This document shows, piece by piece, positions 17,595 to 20,000 of a DNA stretch of 20,000 bases (positions within the stretch are counted from its first letter, which is position 1; each line of letters begins with the position of its first letter). The notes below the pieces were generated by a model that made no database searches, was not told the origin of the DNA, and was given only the letters and a program-made list of their open reading frames with translations. Made by a program: the position numbers and the translations under genes. Origin of the DNA: an uncultured virus (IMG/VR IMGVR_UViG_3300030339_000027) (Duplodnaviria; Heunggongvirae; Uroviricota; Caudoviricetes). The DNA lies in the IMG/VR virus record IMGVR_UViG_3300030339_000027; one strand, written 5' to 3'.

Positions 17595-18613
17595 AACGGT
17601 TTTTGTATTAATTGTCTATATTGAATCCAACCTTTAAAATTTCCAGACCATAGATGACCTTTTGAGTCTGAATGTGTAAATCCACTTCCTACTCCTAAAT
17701 TATAATTACTAATTGTGGGAACTTGAGCACAATGTTCAAAAGGACTCATATGCTTATTTTCCAGTAAGTTATCATGCAATTGAATATCTTTATGATAATC
17801 TATCTTTCCATCAAAATTATTGTAAGATGTTCTTGCACAACGTGCTGTAGCTACTTTAAGTTTTAATTCATTTTCTAATGAACCATGCCAAATAGTAGTA
17901 CCAGATGGTATATTTTCTCTAATAAAATCTTTTAAATTAATTCTATCACCAAATGGCATATGCCATTCTCCAAGTTTTAAGGACTTAGGAGTGCTTTCTA
18001 TCATTGCATCATACATTGCTTCAGCTAAAGCTTGTATATGTATTTCTGCTCCAGAATGACTTAAGTTCCACCATTCCCATTCATTTAATTCATAAGGAAG
18101 TGTATGTACTTTTTCTAATTCTTTTCTTGATTTATAAAAAACATCAGGTTCAGTATTTACTGCATATTTTGGACATCTTAATTCAAAGAATCCGCTAAAT
18201 TCAGTAGCTGTTACCAGTACTTTATGCCATAAAAATGGCTCTAAAAGACGGTTACAAAGTTGTTTTGTTATATTACTTTCACTAAACTGTATTGCTGCTT
18301 TCAATGCTGATTCTTTTGCATTTATCCAACCCCAATAAGGACTATTTGGATTTTCTTTTCCTGGTAAATATTCTGTACCTTGCATTCCAGAATGATCTTT
18401 TTGCCACGCAATTGGAATAAAAGGATCTTCTATTACAGATGCCACCATTTTATAAAATGGAATAGCTCTAGAAGAAGCACTATTTCTACTAAAAACTCTA
18501 TGAGTCATTAGTTCCGAATGTATAAATCTCGGATATGTTAAAACATAAGTAGTGATCCTATCTCCCTTTGGGGACATAGAATCACATATTATTTCTGCAT
18601 TTATTTTGTTCAT
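17591..18613 (-). CDS. thyX: Flavin-dependent thymidylate synthase (ThyX/Thy1-like, phage type)
   Basis: YPRFIHSELMTHRVFSRNSASSRAIP, NRLLEPF, ARCARTSY and HMSPFEH. The likely start is 18613 (TAATG overlap with RNR). Confidence 0.85.
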   Translation of the reverse strand: MNKINAEIICDSMSPKGDRITTYVLTYPRFIHSELMTHRVFSRNSASSRAIPFYKMVASVIEDPFIPIAWQKDHSGMQGTEYLPGKENPNSPYWGWINAKESALKAAIQFSESNITKQLCNRLLEPFLWHKVLVTATEFSGFFELRCPKYAVNTEPDVFYKSRKELEKVHTLPYELNEWEWWNLSHSGAEIHIQALAEAMYDAMIESTPKSLKLGEWHMPFGDRINLKDFIRENIPSGTTIWHGSLENELKLKVATARCARTSYNNFDGKIDYHKDIQLHDNLLENKHMSPFEHCAQVPTISNYNLGVGSGFTHSDSKGHLWSGNFKGWIQYRQLIQKPL

Positions 18614-20000
18614 TAACCACATTTGTTATAACCACAATCCACATCAGAACATTTTACACATCCTTCAATACGAATCATTTTTTTACCACATTCAGGACAT
18701 TTTTCCTCTAAAATAGCCTCTATTGCATATTTTGCAAGAGTTCTTGTAATAGCTTTACAGAAAGCAGTCACAGAAGTTGGAACTTGTCCAAGTTGATCTA
18801 TGATAAAGTTTAAATCAATTCCTTGTCTTAAACCTAAAACAGAGATCATTCTTGTTAAAGCCTGCTCTTCATCACTTCCAAAATAATTTGCAATATTTTT
18901 TATAGTGACTGATTCAGTCTCTAAGTTATAATTTTTACCTACTTTTACTAAATTACCCTTTTTTACAGCTTTACCTAAAGAAATTTCCATTTCTTTAAAA
19001 GCAAAGATTTCATATGGTTTATCTTTAAATAATCCTACAATTACTAACCAATCATCTCCAGAGGCTTTCAAGTGATGTATATCACAAGGAAGTGTTTTAG
19101 GACGTTTAGTTGTTATTGTTTGAGGATCACTTTTTTCAACCTTTTTTAACACTGCAGACATAGTACCTGCTCGATAAGTAGTTAAACCTTTAATCGTCCC
19201 AGTTTTCCAAGCCTTAATATAAAGACTCTTAAAGTCTTCATAAGGATAGTCATTTGGTAAATTAATAGTCTTACTTAAAGCTGCGTCTACATAACTTGAA
19301 ACTATGGTCATGATACTTAAATGAGCATCTACATTTAACTGTTCAGTAGTTTTGGCCCACTCAGCTTTTGGATCCCACTCACCAATACTTTTAAGATAAT
19401 GTACAGCATAATCTTCAACTAAGGATTCTTTTACGTATCCTCCAGTTTGAGACCATTTATAAGTTATTCCGTCTAAAATAGTAGATTTAAATTGTGTATC
19501 ACCTTCCATTTTAGTACCAAGCCATTTATCATGAGTACCTAAATCTCTTGGTAACACGTCTACACCATGAGTTCTTATATATTCTGTCATAAAGACAGGT
19601 TCAAATCCCCCAGATATATTATTAGCTAAAATACCAGTATTTCCTGTTGGTTGTACTGAAGTTAAATGGCTATTTCTTAAGCCATAAAGCTTAATAAGAT
19701 CCATAGTTTCAGAAGTTAGAGCTTGAGTCCAAAAATCAGATTCTAAGAAATTCTCATAATTCCATAAAGGAAATGGTCCTTTTTCTTTAGCCAATAAAGC
19801 AGAGGCTTGATAAATTTGATTAGTTACAAATTCAAAGTACTTCTTAACTAAGAGTTTACTTTCTTCAGATCCATACTCAACTTTTAATATCATTAAAGCA
19901 GAACCTAAACCAGTTACACCGATTCCAATTCTTCTCTTATTCTGAATTTCTGTATATTGTTCTGGAAGTGGCATAAATGTCACATCTATTACATTATCTA
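18613..20000 (-). CDS. nrdJ: Class II (adenosylcobalamin-dependent) ribonucleotide reductase, C-terminal part (5' truncated)
   Basis: The frame is open to the window edge (DNVIDVTF). Motifs RRIGIGVTG, RNSHLTSVQPTG, SGGFEP, SKTINLP and KGLTTYR, then a C-terminal RPKTLPC domain and Zn-ribbon CPECG...EGCVKC...CG. No nrdB follows. Confidence 0.88.
   Translation of the reverse strand, partial: DNVIDVTFMPLPEQYTEIQNKRRIGIGVTGLGSALMILKVEYGSEESKLLVKKYFEFVTNQIYQASALLAKEKGPFPLWNYENFLESDFWTQALTSETMDLIKLYGLRNSHLTSVQPTGNTGILANNISGGFEPVFMTEYIRTHGVDVLPRDLGTHDKWLGTKMEGDTQFKSTILDGITYKWSQTGGYVKESLVEDYAVHYLKSIGEWDPKAEWAKTTEQLNVDAHLSIMTIVSSYVDAALSKTINLPNDYPYEDFKSLYIKAWKTGTIKGLTTYRAGTMSAVLKKVEKSDPQTITTKRPKTLPCDIHHLKASGDDWLVIVGLFKDKPYEIFAFKEMEISLGKAVKKGNLVKVGKNYNLETESVTIKNIANYFGSDEEQALTRMISVLGLRQGIDLNFIIDQLGQVPTSVTAFCKAITRTLAKYAIEAILEEKCPECGKKMIRIEGCVKCSDVDCGYNKCG

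Larger units (their letters stand above)
1..20000. other. Segment of a probably lytic phage genome, likely crAss-like (Crassvirales), Bacteroidota host
   Basis: Dense overlapping genes (ATGA/TAATG). Giant zincin and PD-(D/E)XK proteins converge on an RNR/ThyX/dUTPase/ligase/helicase block. Leaders are A-rich with no SD, and there is a Bacteroidota-type promoter. Taxonomy is inferred from this architecture. Confidence 0.8.

Noticed and set aside
10608..18198. Plus-strand ORFs at 10608, 11170, 11879, 12113, 12368, 15758, 17359 and 18004
   Set aside because: All are antisense to well-supported minus-strand genes.
1..20000. Stop-codon reassignment (TAG or TGA), known in some crAss-like phages
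   Set aside because: All genes are full-length under the standard code, and TGA is used as a stop in ATGA/GTGA overlaps. No called gene ends in TAG, but no in-frame TAG is needed either, so there is no positive evidence.
10596..20000. Inteins, group I introns or homing endonucleases in RNR, ThyX, ligase or helicase
   Set aside because: Motif spacing looks normal, and no splice-junction, LAGLIDADG or HNH signatures are visible.

Overview
AT-rich phage DNA. The gene content, the Shine-Dalgarno-less A-rich leaders and a TTG-N20-TAnnTTTG promoter point to a crAss-like (Crassvirales-type) phage of a Bacteroidota host; this is inference, not a database result. Two modules converge on a terminator at ~9350-9390. 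The + strand holds the end of a cluster of very large, probably virion-packaged and ejected proteins: a truncated gene, a 1394-aa protein with two HExxH zincin motifs and five SH3/KOW-like repeats, and a 1476-aa protein with a PD-(D/E)XK nuclease domain and a hydrophobic C-terminus. The - strand holds replication and nucleotide metabolism genes: class II RNR (partial), ThyX-like, dUTPase, a degenerate second ThyX, PncB, NadE, ATP-dependent DNA ligase, Dda/RecD-like helicase, small unknowns and a separately promoted lysozyme-fold enzyme. The two main leads are (1) a coupled pncB-nadE pair, a candidate deamidated-route NAD+ replenishment pathway distinct from NARP1/NARP2, and (2) matched terminal cysteines at both junctions of the giant proteins, suggesting head-to-tail linkage.
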